Shown here: positions 11,250 through 24,396 of the stretch, one piece after another
Numbering within the stretch: position 1 is the first letter of the stretch
Layout: each line of letters begins with the position of its first letter
Assembly (NCBI RefSeq): GCF_964213995.1
Contig: NW_027590163.1
Coordinates: forward strand, 806,001-870,000
Direction: 5' to 3'
DNA from: Mustelus asterias
Lineage: Eukaryota
Length of the DNA stretch: 64,000 nucleotides
Notes under the pieces: generated by a model
Told to the model about the DNA's origin: nothing
Seen by the model: the letters and a program-made list of their open reading frames with translations, nothing else
The model's database searches: none
Program-made: the position numbers and the translations under genes

Positions 11250-11850
11250 ATTTAAGATTGAAATGCTGACACTGGTTGCAGCTCAGACAAGGTCCACTAC
11301 GATAATTCCTGGCATAAAGAAGTGTGTTTATTAAGGAAAGGTTAACAGGGTGCGTCGATACTCATTGGATTTTAGATAAATGAGAGGAGATCTAACTGAA
11401 GCACATATGATTCTGAGGGTACTTGACAGGGTAAGTGCTGTTTCCCCATATCAGGGAATCAAAAATTGCAGGGACAGTTTAAAAAAAGGGACAGAGATGA
11501 GGAGCAATTGCATCTCTCAGAGGGCCAGTAGCCCGTGGAGTTCTCTCCCCCAGTGGGCAGTGGAGACTGGTCATTGAGTATATTCAAGGCTGTGTTCGCA
11601 CCGGGAGTTTCACCTCCAAGGGAGTTAAGGGTGAGAGAGGCTGGAGGAAAACTGAGTTATGACAATGAACAGATGAGCTCTGACGACGGGTCATCCAGAT
11701 TTGAAACTTTAGCTCTATTCTCTCTCCAAAGATGCTGTCACACCTGAGATTTTCCAGCATTTTCTTGATCAGATGAGCCATGAGTTTATTGAATCGCAGA
11801 GCAACCTTGATGGGTCGAATGGCCTCCTCATGCTCCTAATTCTGATTATA
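11250..11850 (+). mobile_element. Degenerate CR1 3' fragment
   Basis: MRGDLTEAHMILRVLDRV motif plus 3'UTR. Confidence 0.7.
11675..11769 (+). ncRNA. Short inserted element carrying a second-family hammerhead motif (11675-11715)
   Basis: GAGCU CUGACGA C GGGUC AUCCA GAUUU GAAAC UUU AGCUC; flanked by the 9-bp duplication cagatgagc (11670-11678, 11770-11778). Confidence 0.55.
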
Positions 11851-11859
11851 TTTTCTTCT

Positions 11860-12390
11860 GTTATTCGGATGGCCGCACATTCGCCCTGCAGCATCTTCCC
11901 TCTCTGAAGAGAGCGCCAATTAACCCGCCCTGTCAGTCAATGAGTCAAACCTTTCCTCTCCTGGTCACCGGGACCCTGAAGCACCGCCTACTGGCCGCGC
12001 ATGCGCTCTGCTCCCCGCGGAACAAAGCTGGCGGCCACGGCACTGGGCCTGATCCCGGATAAAATCCCCGCAGCTGCAAACCCGGGACCGGAAGGTCTTA
12101 TTCGGATCTTGCGGCCTACAGCGGGTGTTTGTGAAGCCTCCACTCCCTCCCCACCCTGACTCCTGGCTCCATTCCTCCCTCCCCACCCCGACTCCCAGCT
12201 TCATTCCTCCCTCCGCCCCACACACTCTCACCCGTTGAAAAAAGCGACTCCGACACCGGCAGGGCTCCGAACAAAGTGGCATTGCGCATGCGTCACATAC
12301 AGCACCGCGCCTGCGCAGTGGGCTCCTGTGGAGTGAATAGGGTACTTTCACATCCGCAGGGAATGGTGGTTAACAGCAGCGCCATTGTAA
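11860..12390 (-). promoter_or_regulatory. CpG promoter/first-exon cassette (type B) upstream of ZF2
   Basis: CpG-rich; GCGCATGCGC at ~11997, TGCGCATGCG at ~12283, GCGCCTGCGCA at ~12307; homologous to 23930-24396, 37040-37180 plus 40218-40510, and 52561-52800. Confidence 0.75.
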
Positions 12391-12734
12391 CCTCAAACAG
12401 TGAATATAAAATAACATTGTTAGCTATTGAGATAAGTTAATTTTTAAAAAACGCAAATTATTGCGAATTGATGATCTGCTATGTTAAATTACTCAAATTC
12501 TCCTGTGGGAAGCTTTTACACTGTCTCCTCTCTTTCCCTTTCCCTGCTGCTGACTGTCTGGATTCAATCGCACAGTCACTGGTTCCTCTCGTTCTGTCTC
12601 ATCCTGATTCTGAATATTCATTGTTTTACAGAATGATACAGATGGATGGAAACCATTCAGCTCAGTATGCCTGTGCTGGCCTTTGGAAGATCTATCCAAT
12701 AAATTCCACAGCCCTGTTGGCAAAGTCAGAACAA

Positions 12735-13292
12735 TAAGACCACACTTGGAATACTGTGTGCAATTCTGGTCACCCTATTATAGAAAGGATATTATTAAAC
12801 TAGAAAGATTGCAGAAAAGATTTACTCGGATGCTACCGGGACTTGATGGATTGAGTTATAAGGAGAGGCTGGATAGATGGGACTTTTTTCTCTGGAGCGT
12901 AGGAGGCTGAGGGGTGATCTTATCGAGGTCTATAAAATAATGAGGGGCACATATCAGCTAGATAGTCAATATCTTTTCCCAAAGATAGGGGAGTCTCAAA
13001 CTAGAGGGCATAGGTTTAATGTGAGAGAGGAGAGATACAAAAGTGTCCAGAGGGGCAATCATTTCACACAGAGGGTGGTGAGTGTCTGGAACAAGCTGCC
13101 AGAGGTAGTCATAGAGGCGGGTACAATTTTGTCTTTTAAAAAGCATTTAGATAGTTACATGGGTACGATGGGTATAGAGGGATATGGGCCAAATGCGGGC
13201 AATTGGGATTAGCTTAGGGGTTTAAAAAAAAGGGCGGCATGGACAAGTTGGGTCAAAGGGCCTGTTTCCATGCTGTAAACCTCTATGACTCA
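12735..13292 (+). mobile_element. CR1 (HER1-like) 3' fragment
   Basis: RPHLEYCVQFWSPYYRKD...RRLRGDLIEVYK...TQRVVSVWNKLP, then 3'UTR. Confidence 0.9.
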
Positions 13293-14709
13293 AATATATA
13301 TATGCTCTCGTGAACTGAGAGCTTAATGGAAAAGGTATTCCAGGTTGATACATCTCAGACACATTCACCTGTGTGCAAAGATTGATTGTCCCGTTTATTA
13401 AGCATATATTAAATGCTCACTGGAGTGAAACGCAGAGTACCTGTTAGACTTTAATTGGATGATTCTACAGACTGGACAAGCCATGGTAACATTGTGAATA
13501 AAGGGAGTGCTCCTGGTGTTAAAGAGTAGATGAATTGTGAAATTACAAAGTAAAGACATTAATATCCTGAAACTTCACAATTATCACTAGGCTGGGATAT
13601 TGGAGCATGAAAGAATCCCACATACCTATCAGAAGACAGAGACAAAGTCCAATCCTGTTAAAGTCATATCCCTGTTTGACTGTATTAGAGTTCGTAGATT
13701 GATCTGGGTTTTATGAATCAGGTCCATATCAGTCTGGCGCTGTGTCTTTGATTTCCAGTGACAGTATGTGGCATCCTTATTAAATTGGCACCACACTATT
13801 TAGCCCAGAAATCTGAGGACATCATCAATACAGCCCATTACTTTTAGAATCACCAACTATTCTGAAAGTTTCATTAGTTGTATCTCCTTCACTGGAAACA
13901 ACTTCTCTGGCAAAAAAAAAAATCACCCACCACTCCAAACTCTGAATGATTGGGGATGTTGCTGGTAAGTGTTCGGGACAAATTGCTATTTGTAAGGTGA
14001 AGGTAGACCAGCAGCAGGAGTTAGTGAAGAGGGTGATAGTAAGAACCAGGCAGACTGACTCACCAAGCAAGCTGCTTTGGAGGAGATTCCATGGACTTCA
14101 CCCAAAACATAATCATTGGCACTGGTCTGACAGACTCCAGTTAAACCTGATTTTAAAACTTGTCACGATCCTGACTCTGATGTGACTGTGGTCAGATAGG
14201 CCGTAGACCATAGGAACAACTTTCCCTTATGGCTCACAACGAGTAAGGACTGAACAATCCTACAAGGTGGATTGAATTTAACTTGCTGCATTGTGATGTC
14301 TTACAAAACAACGAGTTTAGTTTAGGGATTAAATTAGGAAGTGTTTCTCTTTTGATTCATCCTTATGTTCATAATTACTACCGGTGGCTGAGGAAACAGG
14401 AGGATGTTCCTCACCACCTGAATCTGTGTCCAAATTAATCTGGCTCTGTGAAATAAAATGTCCAAATGGACACATCCCATCTGAATGATGTTCCCTGGGA
14501 AACTTTGCAGGTTGATTATACAGGCCCATTATCCACAGTAAAAGGAGGGAGCGGGTATATCCTAGTAGTTCGCTTGGTGGATTGAAGGTTTTGCAGTCTG
14601 AAAAAAAAGAGACCCAGCTTGTCAATCCTTTCCTAGTATCTAGTACCTACACATTTCTGATATAATTATTGTAAATTTTCTCTGTTCCCTTTCTAATGCC
14701 TCAACTTTT

Positions 14710-15301
14710 TTTGGAGTTTAAGAGCCGTGGGGTTATGCTGCAACTGTACAGGACCTTGGTGAGACCACATTTGGAATATTGTGTGCAGTTCTGGTCACCT
14801 CACTATAAGAAGTATGTGGAAGCGCTGGAAAGAGTGCAGAGGAGATTTACCAGGAAGCTGCGTGGTTTGGAGGGTAGGTCTTATGAGGAAAGGTTGAGGG
14901 AGCTAGGGCTGTTCTCTCAGGAGCGGAGGAGGCTGAGGGGAGACTTAATAAAGGTTTATAAAATGATGAAGGGGATAGATAGAGTGAACGTTCAAAGACT
15001 ATTTCCTCGGGTGGATGGAGCTATTACAAGGGGGCATAACTATAGGGTTCGTGGTGGGAGATATAGGAAGGATATCAGAGCTTGGTTCTTTACGCAGAGA
15101 GTGGTTGGGGTGTGGAATAGACTGCCTGCAATGATAGTGGAGTCAGACACTTGAGGAACATTTAAGCGGTTATTGGATAGGCACATGGAGCACACCAGGA
15201 TGATAGGGAGTGGGATAGCTTGATCTTGGTTTCAGATAAAGCTCGGCACAACATCGTGGGCCGAAGGGCCTGTTCTGTGCTGTACTGTTCTATGTTCTAT
15301 G
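14710..15301 (+). mobile_element. CR1 3' fragment with (ttctatg)n tail
   Basis: LYRTLVRPHLEYCVQFWSPH...; tail tgttctatgttctatg. Confidence 0.9.
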
Positions 15302-16150
15302 GATACACTCAGTCTGCAAGTAGCTGCAGTATTTTAAACATCACCCTCACAAAGGCCTTCCCAATGATGCTAAGGAGTGAGATGTCCCTGTAGTTGTTGC
15401 AATCTCCTCTGTCACTGCTGTTTTTGTACATTGTGATGATTTTTGCTTCACGCACGTGGAATGGTTCCTGCCTCCCAGCAGGGAAGGAGGTGGAAACAAT
15501 AGATGTGACTTTCTGTGTTTGACCAGTTCAGCTGTAATTCCATCCTTGCCAGGAGGCTCTCTCCTTGCTCTGCAATCTATGGCCTTTCGCAGCTCAAATT
15601 ATGAGGGTTCCTCATCCAACTCAACCATGTCAGGAAGCTGCAGGAGAGTCAAGCAGAGACTGGGACATGTCTGTCCCATGGAGTACGGCTCACAGTCGTA
15701 TTCAACCCAGCGGGACATCTGTTTACTTGTTGGTGAGAACTTCATCATTTGCTGATTTCAGGGGGGCAACTTTAGTGATTGTAGGACAAAGTGGCCTCTT
15801 GATCCCATCATGCACAGCATGCAGATAATCATGCCACAGGCAGTTTGGAATTATTCACACAGGAAGATGCAGTGTTTATTTGCACAGTCTCTTGTTGCTT
15901 TTTACACATCTGTCTTGGCTACTTCCAAGTGATGCAGTGTTTCAGCTGTTGGGTTGATGTTGTACATCAGGTAGCCTTTGCTTTTTGCTTCAATGACAGA
16001 AGTCATCTCTGCTGAGTGGGTCTCAAACCAGTCTTTGTTGTGGGTTCCACCTTTACCAAATGTTGCTTCTGCTGTGTCAGAAATTATTGAACTCAGCGAC
16101 TTCCCAGTTTCATCAACTTCCCAGTTTCATCAACATCAGTGTTGATTGAT
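15302..16150 (-). mobile_element. Degenerate RTE-clade LINE fragment
   Basis: Minus strand reads REAKIITMYKNSSDRGDCNNYRDISLLSIIGKAFVRV and NKDWFETHSAEM, typical of the RTE pre-RT and RT region. Confidence 0.7.
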
Positions 16151-16535
16151 GAAGCTTTTATTGATGAGCCTGTTAAATATTTCACTGTTTTGTTCAAAAT
16201 ATTTCATTTTTTGTTTAGGTTCCTTCACAATACAGTTTCCCAATTGAGGTGTCGCTGTGAAAAAGTCAGTGAGAACTAACAGGAAGGATTAATCACTACT
16301 TTCTACGGAGATGTTTATCAGTGGAAACTTTCAGACACTGAATTTTGCATCAAAGATCAATTTAAGGTTGAATTTTACTGCAACCAGGTTTCTGTTGAGA
16401 ATTCTTGAATTAAGGAGAAAGATCACAGATGATGCTTTTAGAAAGGGACGTGCAGCCCTGAAAATCTTGACACCTCCAGAATATTAAACTCCAGCCAGTT
16501 ATAGGAATGTTAACATCAGAATCACACCTCTGTAA

Positions 16536-17429
16536 TCACTTGTGGACTTGACGGTGTTTCATCAGGTTTGATGACTGAGTGAATCCCTTCCCACACACGG
16601 AGCAGGGGAACGGTCTCTCTCCAGTGTGAACTCGCTGGTGTGACTGTAGATTGTTCGAATGAGCAAATCTCTTCCCACACTTGGAGCAGCTGAATGGCCT
16701 CTCCCCGCTGTGAACTCTCTGGTATGTCAGGAGGTGGCAGAATCCATTCTCTGTAATCACTTGTGAACTCGCTGGTGTGTCTGCAGATGGGATAACTGAG
16801 TGAATCCCTTTCCACACAAGGAGCAGATGTATGGCCTCTCCCCACTGTGAACCCGTTGATGTGTCAGCAAGTTAGATGATTGAGTGAATCCCTTCCCACA
16901 CTCAGTGCAGGTGAACGGCCTCTCTCCAGTGTGAACTCGCTGGTGCATCTGCAGGGTGAATGATTCAATGAATCCCTTCCCACATTCAGAGCAGGTGAAT
17001 GGCCTCTCTCCAGTGTGAACTCGCTGATGTGCCAGCAGATGGGACAACTGAATGAATCTCCTGCCACACTCAGAGCAGTTGAATGGTCTCTCCCCAGTGT
17101 GAACATGCTGATGTGTTTGCAGGCTGCATAAGCGACTGAATCCCTTCCCACACTCAGAGCAGGTGAATGGCCTCTCTCCAGTGTGAAGTCGCTGGTGTGT
17201 CAACAGATTCCATGAGTGAGTGAATCCCTTCCCACACACAAAGCAGGTGAATGGCTTCTCTCCACTGTGAACTCGCTGGTGCATCCGCAGGTTTTTTAAA
17301 TGAGTGAATCCTTTCCCAGTCAGAGCAGGTGAATGGCCTCTCCCCGGTGTGAATGCGTCGATGAATCTCCAGCTCTGATGGGGAACGGGATTCCTTCCCA
17401 TAGTCCTCACATTTCCAGGGTTTCTCCAT
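16536..17429 (-). pseudogene. ZF3, frameshifted C2H2 ZF gene with a duplicated 3' end
   Basis: ATG at 17429 ([12 protein letters not shown], Cys lost); frameshift at ~17318; TGA at 16757-16759; an extra out-of-frame block of ~2.5 fingers ends at 16536. Confidence 0.8.
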
Positions 17430-18129
17430 GGCGCCGGTGTCCTTGTATCTCTCCAGGTTGGATAATCAGTTGAAGCCTCGTCCACACACAGAACACATGT
17501 ATAGTTTCTCCTCACTGTAAATGGGGTGATGTTTATTCAGGCTGTGTAACTGATTATAGCTCTTTCCAGTCAGTTCACTGGTACACTCTCACTGTGTGTG
17601 AGAGCCTGTGTGTCTCGGTGCTTTTACAGTCTCACTGATGTTCAAAATATTTTGAAGTAGATTTAAGAGAAAAACATTTCTCCTTCTCAACTCAAAGGCC
17701 AATGATTATCAGGACCTGATAAATTGAGTAACTCTGTGAGACCTTGATGTGATGTTTGGTTTGAGATTTCTTACTGAAAATTCTCATTTCCAGATATCCT
17801 GCAAAAGAAATTGACAACAGTCATCACTGTCAGTCCAGGATAGAAATTCAGAACAGAAAATTATAGCTTCTATGGAACAATATTTCCTCATTCTTTCCCT
17901 CAAAGCTCCATCCCTCACTCTCTCCCTCTTTTCTTACTCTGTTGTACCCATTATACACCCTCCCAATTCTCCTGAAGTTGCTGATTAAGGCTCACCAACA
18001 GATCCATGCTCACCGTGTCCTGTCTGGGACACAGAGACCATCTGACAATCTTTATGCAGACTGCTGGCCTATAAGTATGTATACCTTGTGCATCAGAATT
18101 TGTAGAGTACAGGATTGTATAATACAGGA

Positions 18130-18420
18130 TGTGTGGCTGGGGGATGTGAAGAAGAATGAGAGGGTGCAGAGGAGATTTACCAGAAGGATAGCAGGGATGA
18201 GGGAATTTAGTGACATGGTTAGTTGGAGAATCTAGGGTTGATCTCCTTGCACTAAAGCAGGTTGAGGGCAGAATTCATGGAGCTGTATGAGAGATTGAGA
18301 CAAGGTGGACAAAAAAAAGCTGTTCCCATTAGCTGATGGGACAAGGACTTGGGAAACAGATTTAAGGTTTGGGAAGACATGAAGGCAGGGATCTGAGGAA
18401 GAAATTGTTTACACAGAGCC
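18130..18420 (+). mobile_element. Degenerate CR1 fragment
   Basis: ERVQRRFTRRIAGMREFS motif. Confidence 0.65.
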
Positions 18421-18484
18421 TAAACAAGATGTTTGAGGGATGGGAGAGGGTTCCTGTGTATTCACTCATGGACCCCACTTTGTT

Positions 18485-18792
18485 AACCAGCCTCCCATCC
18501 ATTGACACTGTCTACACTTCCCGCTGCCTTGGCAAAGCAGCCAGCATAATCAAGGACCCCACGCACCCTGGACCTAAGGTCATGCACCAACTAACACAAA
18601 AACAGTTTCTTCCCGACTGCCATCTGACTCTTGAATGGACCTACCTTGCATTAAGGTCTTTCTCCGCACCCTAGCTATGACTGTAACACTACATTCTGCA
18701 CTCTCTCCTTTCCTATGTATGGTATGCTTTGCCTGCATAGTGCACAAAAAACAATATTTTTCACTTTATACTAACACATGTGACAAGAATAA
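18485..18792 (+). mobile_element. Rex1/Babar-like LINE 3' fragment
   Basis: LPSIDTVYTSRCLGKAASIIKDPTHPG resembles the Rex1/Babar C-terminus; tail ...acatgtgacaagaataa. Confidence 0.6.
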
Positions 18793-19540
18793 TTTTTTAA
18801 AAATCAAGTCTCCAGACTCCCCACTCTTCATCCACAGTTTCAGCCGCTCTCCCCTTGTGTTCACCTGCATTTTTCCAGGCTCCCCAGGCTTGTGCTCACT
18901 TAAGGTTTCCTGCCACCCCACCCCACTCACATTCACCCAGTGTTTAGGTCCCCTTCTGAACCTGTCTTCACCCACAGTTTCCAGCTCCCCACGCCGGCTT
19001 ACCCACAATTGGCAGGCCCCACACAATGCTCAATTTGTCAGCAACAGCACCAGACTATGCATGCTCAGAGCACATGCCAATTCCCTATCTGTGCACTGGG
19101 TACCTAGAATCAGGGACAGGGACTTTATGGGGTGCTCTGGGTAACTAATGCAGCATTGACAGAGTGAATTTCAGACAGATCATTAGACTGGAGGAAGGTG
19201 TGAGTCCAAGGCTCAGCCAAGGAGAAACATTCGGGATAGTTTGGCCAGGGTGGCTTGCGGCAGGGAGGGAAACAGCAGAGGCAGCTGATCAGATTGTCTC
19301 AATCTGACAAAGAAACTCCATGAGCTCCTCACACTTATTGTTGGAGGTGAGGATGGAGAAATGGGGAACAAAAGGAATGGATTTGTGTTCGGGATATTAA
19401 AAAGACCCAATATACTGTGTTCAACATAAAGCTTGTTTATTTGACTTTTATACAGAAAATTAACACGTATTGTTGGGGTTATTAACATCAATGAATACTG
19501 TTCAGTCCTAAATGTGATTAAGAAAATCCAACTCTCTCAA

Positions 19541-20881
19541 TCACTGGTGAACTCTCTGGTGTCTCAGTAAGATGGATGACTGAGAGAATCCCTTCCCACA
19601 CACAGAGCAGGTGAATGGCCTCTCCCCAGTGTGAATGCGTTGGTGGGTCAGCAGGTTGGATGACTGAGTGAACCCCTTCCCACACTGAGAGCAGCTGAAC
19701 GGCTTCTCCCCAGTGTGAGTGCGCTGATGTACAGTGAGATGAGATGATCGCCTGAACCCAGTCCCACAGTGAGAGCATCTAAACGGTCTCTCATCAGTGT
19801 GAACATGTTGATGGCGCATCAGTTCCCTTGTACTTTTATCGCACTTCCCGCAGTCTGGGCATTTAAAAGGTCTCTCGTCTGAGTGAACTTGCAGGTGTGT
19901 CAGCAGGTTGGATGAACGAGTGAATCCTTTTCCACACTCTGAGCAGATGAATGGCCTCTCCCCAGTATGAACTAGCTTGTGTGCTGTGAATTGCGATGAC
20001 TGAATGAATCTCTTCCCACACTCTGAGCAGGTGTACGGTCTCTCCCCAGTGTGAACCCGCTGGTGCACCGTGAGTTCAGATGATCTTCTGAACCCCATCC
20101 CACACTGAGAGCACCTGAACGGTCTCTGATCACGGTGAACATGTCGGTGGGACTTCAGGTCTCCAGAACCTTTAAAGCACTTCTTGCAGTCTGGGCATTT
20201 AAAAGGTCTCTCCTCACTGTGAACTCGCTGGTGTCTCAGCAGTTTGGATAAGTGAGTGAATCCTTTCCCACACTCGGAGCAGGTGAATGGCCTCTCTCCA
20301 GTGTGAACTAGCTTGTGTTCCATGAGGTGGGATGTCTGAATGAATCTCTTATACTCGGGACAAATGAACAACTTCTCCCTAGTGTGAACTTGCTGGTGTA
20401 AAGTGAGGTGAGATGATTGCTGAACCCAGTCCCACGGTGAGAGCACTGGAACAGTCTCTTGTCAGTGTGAACACGTTGCTGGATATCACTTCCCTGGGAC
20501 TTTTATAACTTTTCTTGCAGTCTGGACAATTAAAAAAATCACTTCCGAGTATGAACTTGTTTGTGTGCCATAAGGTGGGATGACTGAGTGAATCCCTTTG
20601 CACCTCTGGAGAATTTGAACAATCTCCCCACAATGTGAATATGTCAGTGAGACAACAAGTTGGATGATGGAGTGAATCCCGTCCAACACACAGAGCAGGT
20701 GAATGGCTGCTCCCTGGTGTGACTGCGCGATGAGTTTCCAGTTCCGACGGATAACTGAATCCCTTCTCACAGTTCTCCTCAGTATATTTACATTTGTCGC
20801 TCCTGAGGCCAGATGATCAGCTGAAGCCTCGTCCACACAGAGAACGGTTCCATCCTCTGTGAACAATGCTTTGTCCTTCAA
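19541..20881 (-). pseudogene. ZF4, C2H2 ZF gene with a decayed, frameshifted 5' half and 9 intact 3' fingers
   Basis: ORF 19541-20446 has a non-ATG start (first in-frame ATG ~20323); 20450-20880 holds broken fingers. Confidence 0.7.
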
Positions 20882-22574
20882 TGTTTAAAAGCCGAATGAT
20901 AACCAGGTTCCAACGGGGCAATTCCATCAGATCCTGATGTGATATTTGGTCTAAGATTCTTGACTGCAAATTCTCCTCTTCTAACACTCTGTGAAATTAA
21001 TTTAAAACAGAAAAAAGGAGTGAGAGAGAACCCACAAAAACAGGTTGTGAAATTGAGCTGAATGAATCTGGTAATTTGTGGGGCCGGCACTGGGAAAAGT
21101 AACCATGAGAACTGCTGGATTGTCATAAAAACCCAACTGGTTCACTAATGTCCATGATGTGGAGATGCCAGCGTTGGAACTCAAAAAAATGTCCTGCAGG
21201 GAAGGGAACCTACCACCCAGTCTGGGTCTGCAGAAGACACTGCCCTCTATGGGAGGAGAGAGAAAGAGGCAGGTGCAAAAGGTTGTGATTTTACATTCTA
21301 TATCACAACCAGAACTTTGACAGAGTATCCCAAACCCTCAACCTACACCATCTGGAAGCACCAGAGTAGCAGGTGTATGTGAACACAATCAACCCCAGGT
21401 TACTCTCCAAGTCACACACCATCCTGACTTATCTGACACCCAGAACTGGACGAACAGAAATTTCATCCATTTAAATATTGGGAAGATGAGCTGAAAAAAA
21501 ACTCCACGCTCCAGCCACTTACTCCATTTCTCTTCCAAGAAACTCTCTAAAACTGAACCAGACTGTTCACAACCTAAATGTCACGTTTTACCCCAAGCAG
21601 AGCTTCCAACCACATAACCATGTCATCACCAAGACCACCTAGTTCCACCTCGGGAACATTGTCTAATTCCACCCCAGCCTGAGCTCATCTGCTCCTGAAA
21701 CTCTCTCCATTCCATTGTTACCTCCAGACTTTATAATTCTAATGCACGCCAAACCAACCCTCCACATCCATGCCCCCCACATTCTCCAGGTGACCATACA
21801 ACCTGCTACCCATGTCCTTACTCACATCAAATCTTGTTCATATGTCAGCCCCTGTGCTCCCTTGAAGAAGGTCAAACATCATCTTCTCCACAGGTAACTG
21901 GGGATGGGGAATATTTGCTGCTGGTCTTGTTGGTGACCCCCAAATCCCAAGAACAAATTTCATAAGTATCGATGTAAAATAGATTAAAAATATCTGCAAA
22001 AAAAGTTGCTCTTAAAACAATAATCTTTGATATTGTGATCACACTATCCATTTAACAATCTGATCTACCTAGAATCTACCTCCATGGCCAATTTCACATT
22101 GGAAACTTCTGGGCCCAACTGAGTTCCAAATGCAGCAGTTTCCCCTTCATCTCCAGCTCCAACTGATACAAAAACCAAAGAGAATTTAACAAGCTGCTGA
22201 AGAGAAAAAAGAGACATGGGGTGTGAGGAAAGAGTAGGGGTGTCAGACTCATTGACTCTTCCTCCACAGAGCCTGGATGGGCTTAAATGGCCTTATGTTC
22301 TTTAACCATTTTAACACAGCATGGAAAAGGACGTGCGCTGGAGGTAGTGCGCAGCCTCTCCAACCAACACCCACCTCGACACAAATCTCGACACATGGAC
22401 TTCATCAGTCCATCTCTGTTTCTAGATTTGTGCCATGAGCAATGCCTGAAATCAAACAAAAACCAAATACTGCAGTTGCTGGAAATTGGAAATAAAAAGG
22501 AGCAAGTGGTGGAAATACTCAATCGGTCGGGCAGAAACTGTGAAAGCAGAAAGAAAGTTAACATTTCAGGATGT

Positions 22575-22892
22575 GCTTCACAGAACCAGGGACCCGAGTT
22601 CGATTCCAGCCTTGGGTGACTGTCTGTGTGGAGTGTACATGTTCTCCCCATGTCTGCGTGGGTTTCCTCCGGGTGTTCCCGTTTCCTCCCATGGTCTACA
22701 GATTGGCAGGTTAGATGGATTGACCATGCTCAATATCCCCTGAGTGTCCAAAGATGTGTAAATTAAGTGGATTAGCCATGGTGAATATGCAGTGTTACGG
22801 GGATAGGGCGGAGGGAAGTGTCTGCGTTGGAAAGTCTGCCTTTTCGGAGAGATGGTGCAGACTTGATGGGATGGGTGGCCTCTTCCTGTATT
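22575..22892 (+). mobile_element. Diverged V-SINE
   Basis: B box gagttcgattcc, V-domain, CR1-type tail. Confidence 0.75.
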
Positions 22893-23455
22893 CTAATTAC
22901 GGGAAATAAAAATGGGGCAGATATTGATGGTCAATATAAGCCCAGAAGTGGAAGAGAAACAGACTTTAGCACAAGAAAAACAATTCCCCTGGCCATGGGA
23001 AGATAAAGCTGGCAAATCAACAGTGAACAGCCGGGGAGATGGGCAGTAATGGAAACCTCATTGAGACACAACTGGCAGGAATAACAATAAAATACTAAAC
23101 ATGGTTAAAATACAACCATTATCAGAGGCAGTGGAAGTTAGACAATGACAGAGTGGTGATTGGGGATGGCAGAGATGAAACAGGGCAATGGATAGACATG
23201 GAATAGGATCTACTGTAAATGAGTCACACCAGCCCCATAGACATGGAAACAGAGCAGCAGTAAAAGCTGTAAATTGTGCATGAATACTCAGTGATACTCA
23301 CCTATTGAACAGATTATCAAATTTAAAATCTCCTGCTGGAGACTGAAGATGGAAATAAATCAGATGGATTGGAAGCAGAGAAAATCTGGTGGTCATCAAA
23401 TCTTCTAACTCCCTGAAAAAGGAGATTACAAAAGTCATAAGTGTCAGTTGACTTA

Positions 23456-23722
23456 GGGGGCACAGTGGCGCAATGATTAGCACTGCTGCCTCACAGCACC
23501 TGGGACCCAGGTTCAATTCCGGCCTCGGGTGACTGTGTGGAGTTTGCACATTCTCCCCGTGTCTGCGAGGGTTTCATCCCACAGTGCAAAGATGTGTGGG
23601 TTAGGTAAATTTGCCATGCTAAATTTCCCCTAGGTGTCAGAGGGACTGGGAGGGTGAACATGTGGGGTTACGGGATGGGTGAGATTGTTGTTGGTGCAGA
23701 CTCGATGGGCCGAGTGGCTGTA
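23456..23722 (+). mobile_element. V-SINE
   Basis: tRNA head and partial V-domain. Confidence 0.8.
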
Positions 23723-23929
23723 TGTTAATACATGTGACGATAATAAATCAAATCAAAAATCAGTGAGTACTGGAGGTTGGGTCAATGAATTTATTCAAGG
23801 CTGAGTTGAACAGATTTTTGATCGACACAGGAGCCAAGGGGAGGGGTGGACAGAGTCAGGAAAGTAGAATGGAGATCAGCCAGGATCTTGCAGAATAGAA
23901 CAGCAGGATAAATAGGCCGAATGGCCTCC

Positions 23930-24396
23930 TCCTGGTCCTAATTCTGACGTTCATTCCACGGCCGGACATGCGCCCTTCGGCCAATGCCTGTCGTTAACCC
24001 TGGGCTGTCACCATGTGCTGCGCTCAGACTGAGAACAAAATCAATCCTTCCTCTCCTGGTCCCCACAACACGGAAACCCCGCCCACTCATTGTTACGTCA
24101 CGCAGATCGCCGCGCATGCGCTTCACTCCTCTCTGAACAAAGATACTCTGGGCCTGTTTCCGGGAAAATCCCCGCGGTTCCAAACCGAGGAGCCGCAGGC
24201 CTAGCGGCCTCCAGCGGCTGTTAGTGAAGGCTCCGTTCCTTTCCCACTCCGACTCCCGGCTCCATTCCTCCCTCCGCCCCACCAACTCTCACCCGCTAAA
24301 AAAACACCGTCCCTTGCACTCGCAGGGCTCCGAGCAAAGTGACATTGCGCATGCTCTAGATACAACTGCGCCTGCGCACTGGCTCCGGTGGCGTGA
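23930..24396 (-). promoter_or_regulatory. CpG promoter cassette (type B) upstream of ZF4; split by Penelope and resumes at 25765
   Basis: GCGCATGCGC at ~24112 and TGCGCCTGCGCA at ~24366; collinear with 11950-12390 across the insertion. Confidence 0.75.
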
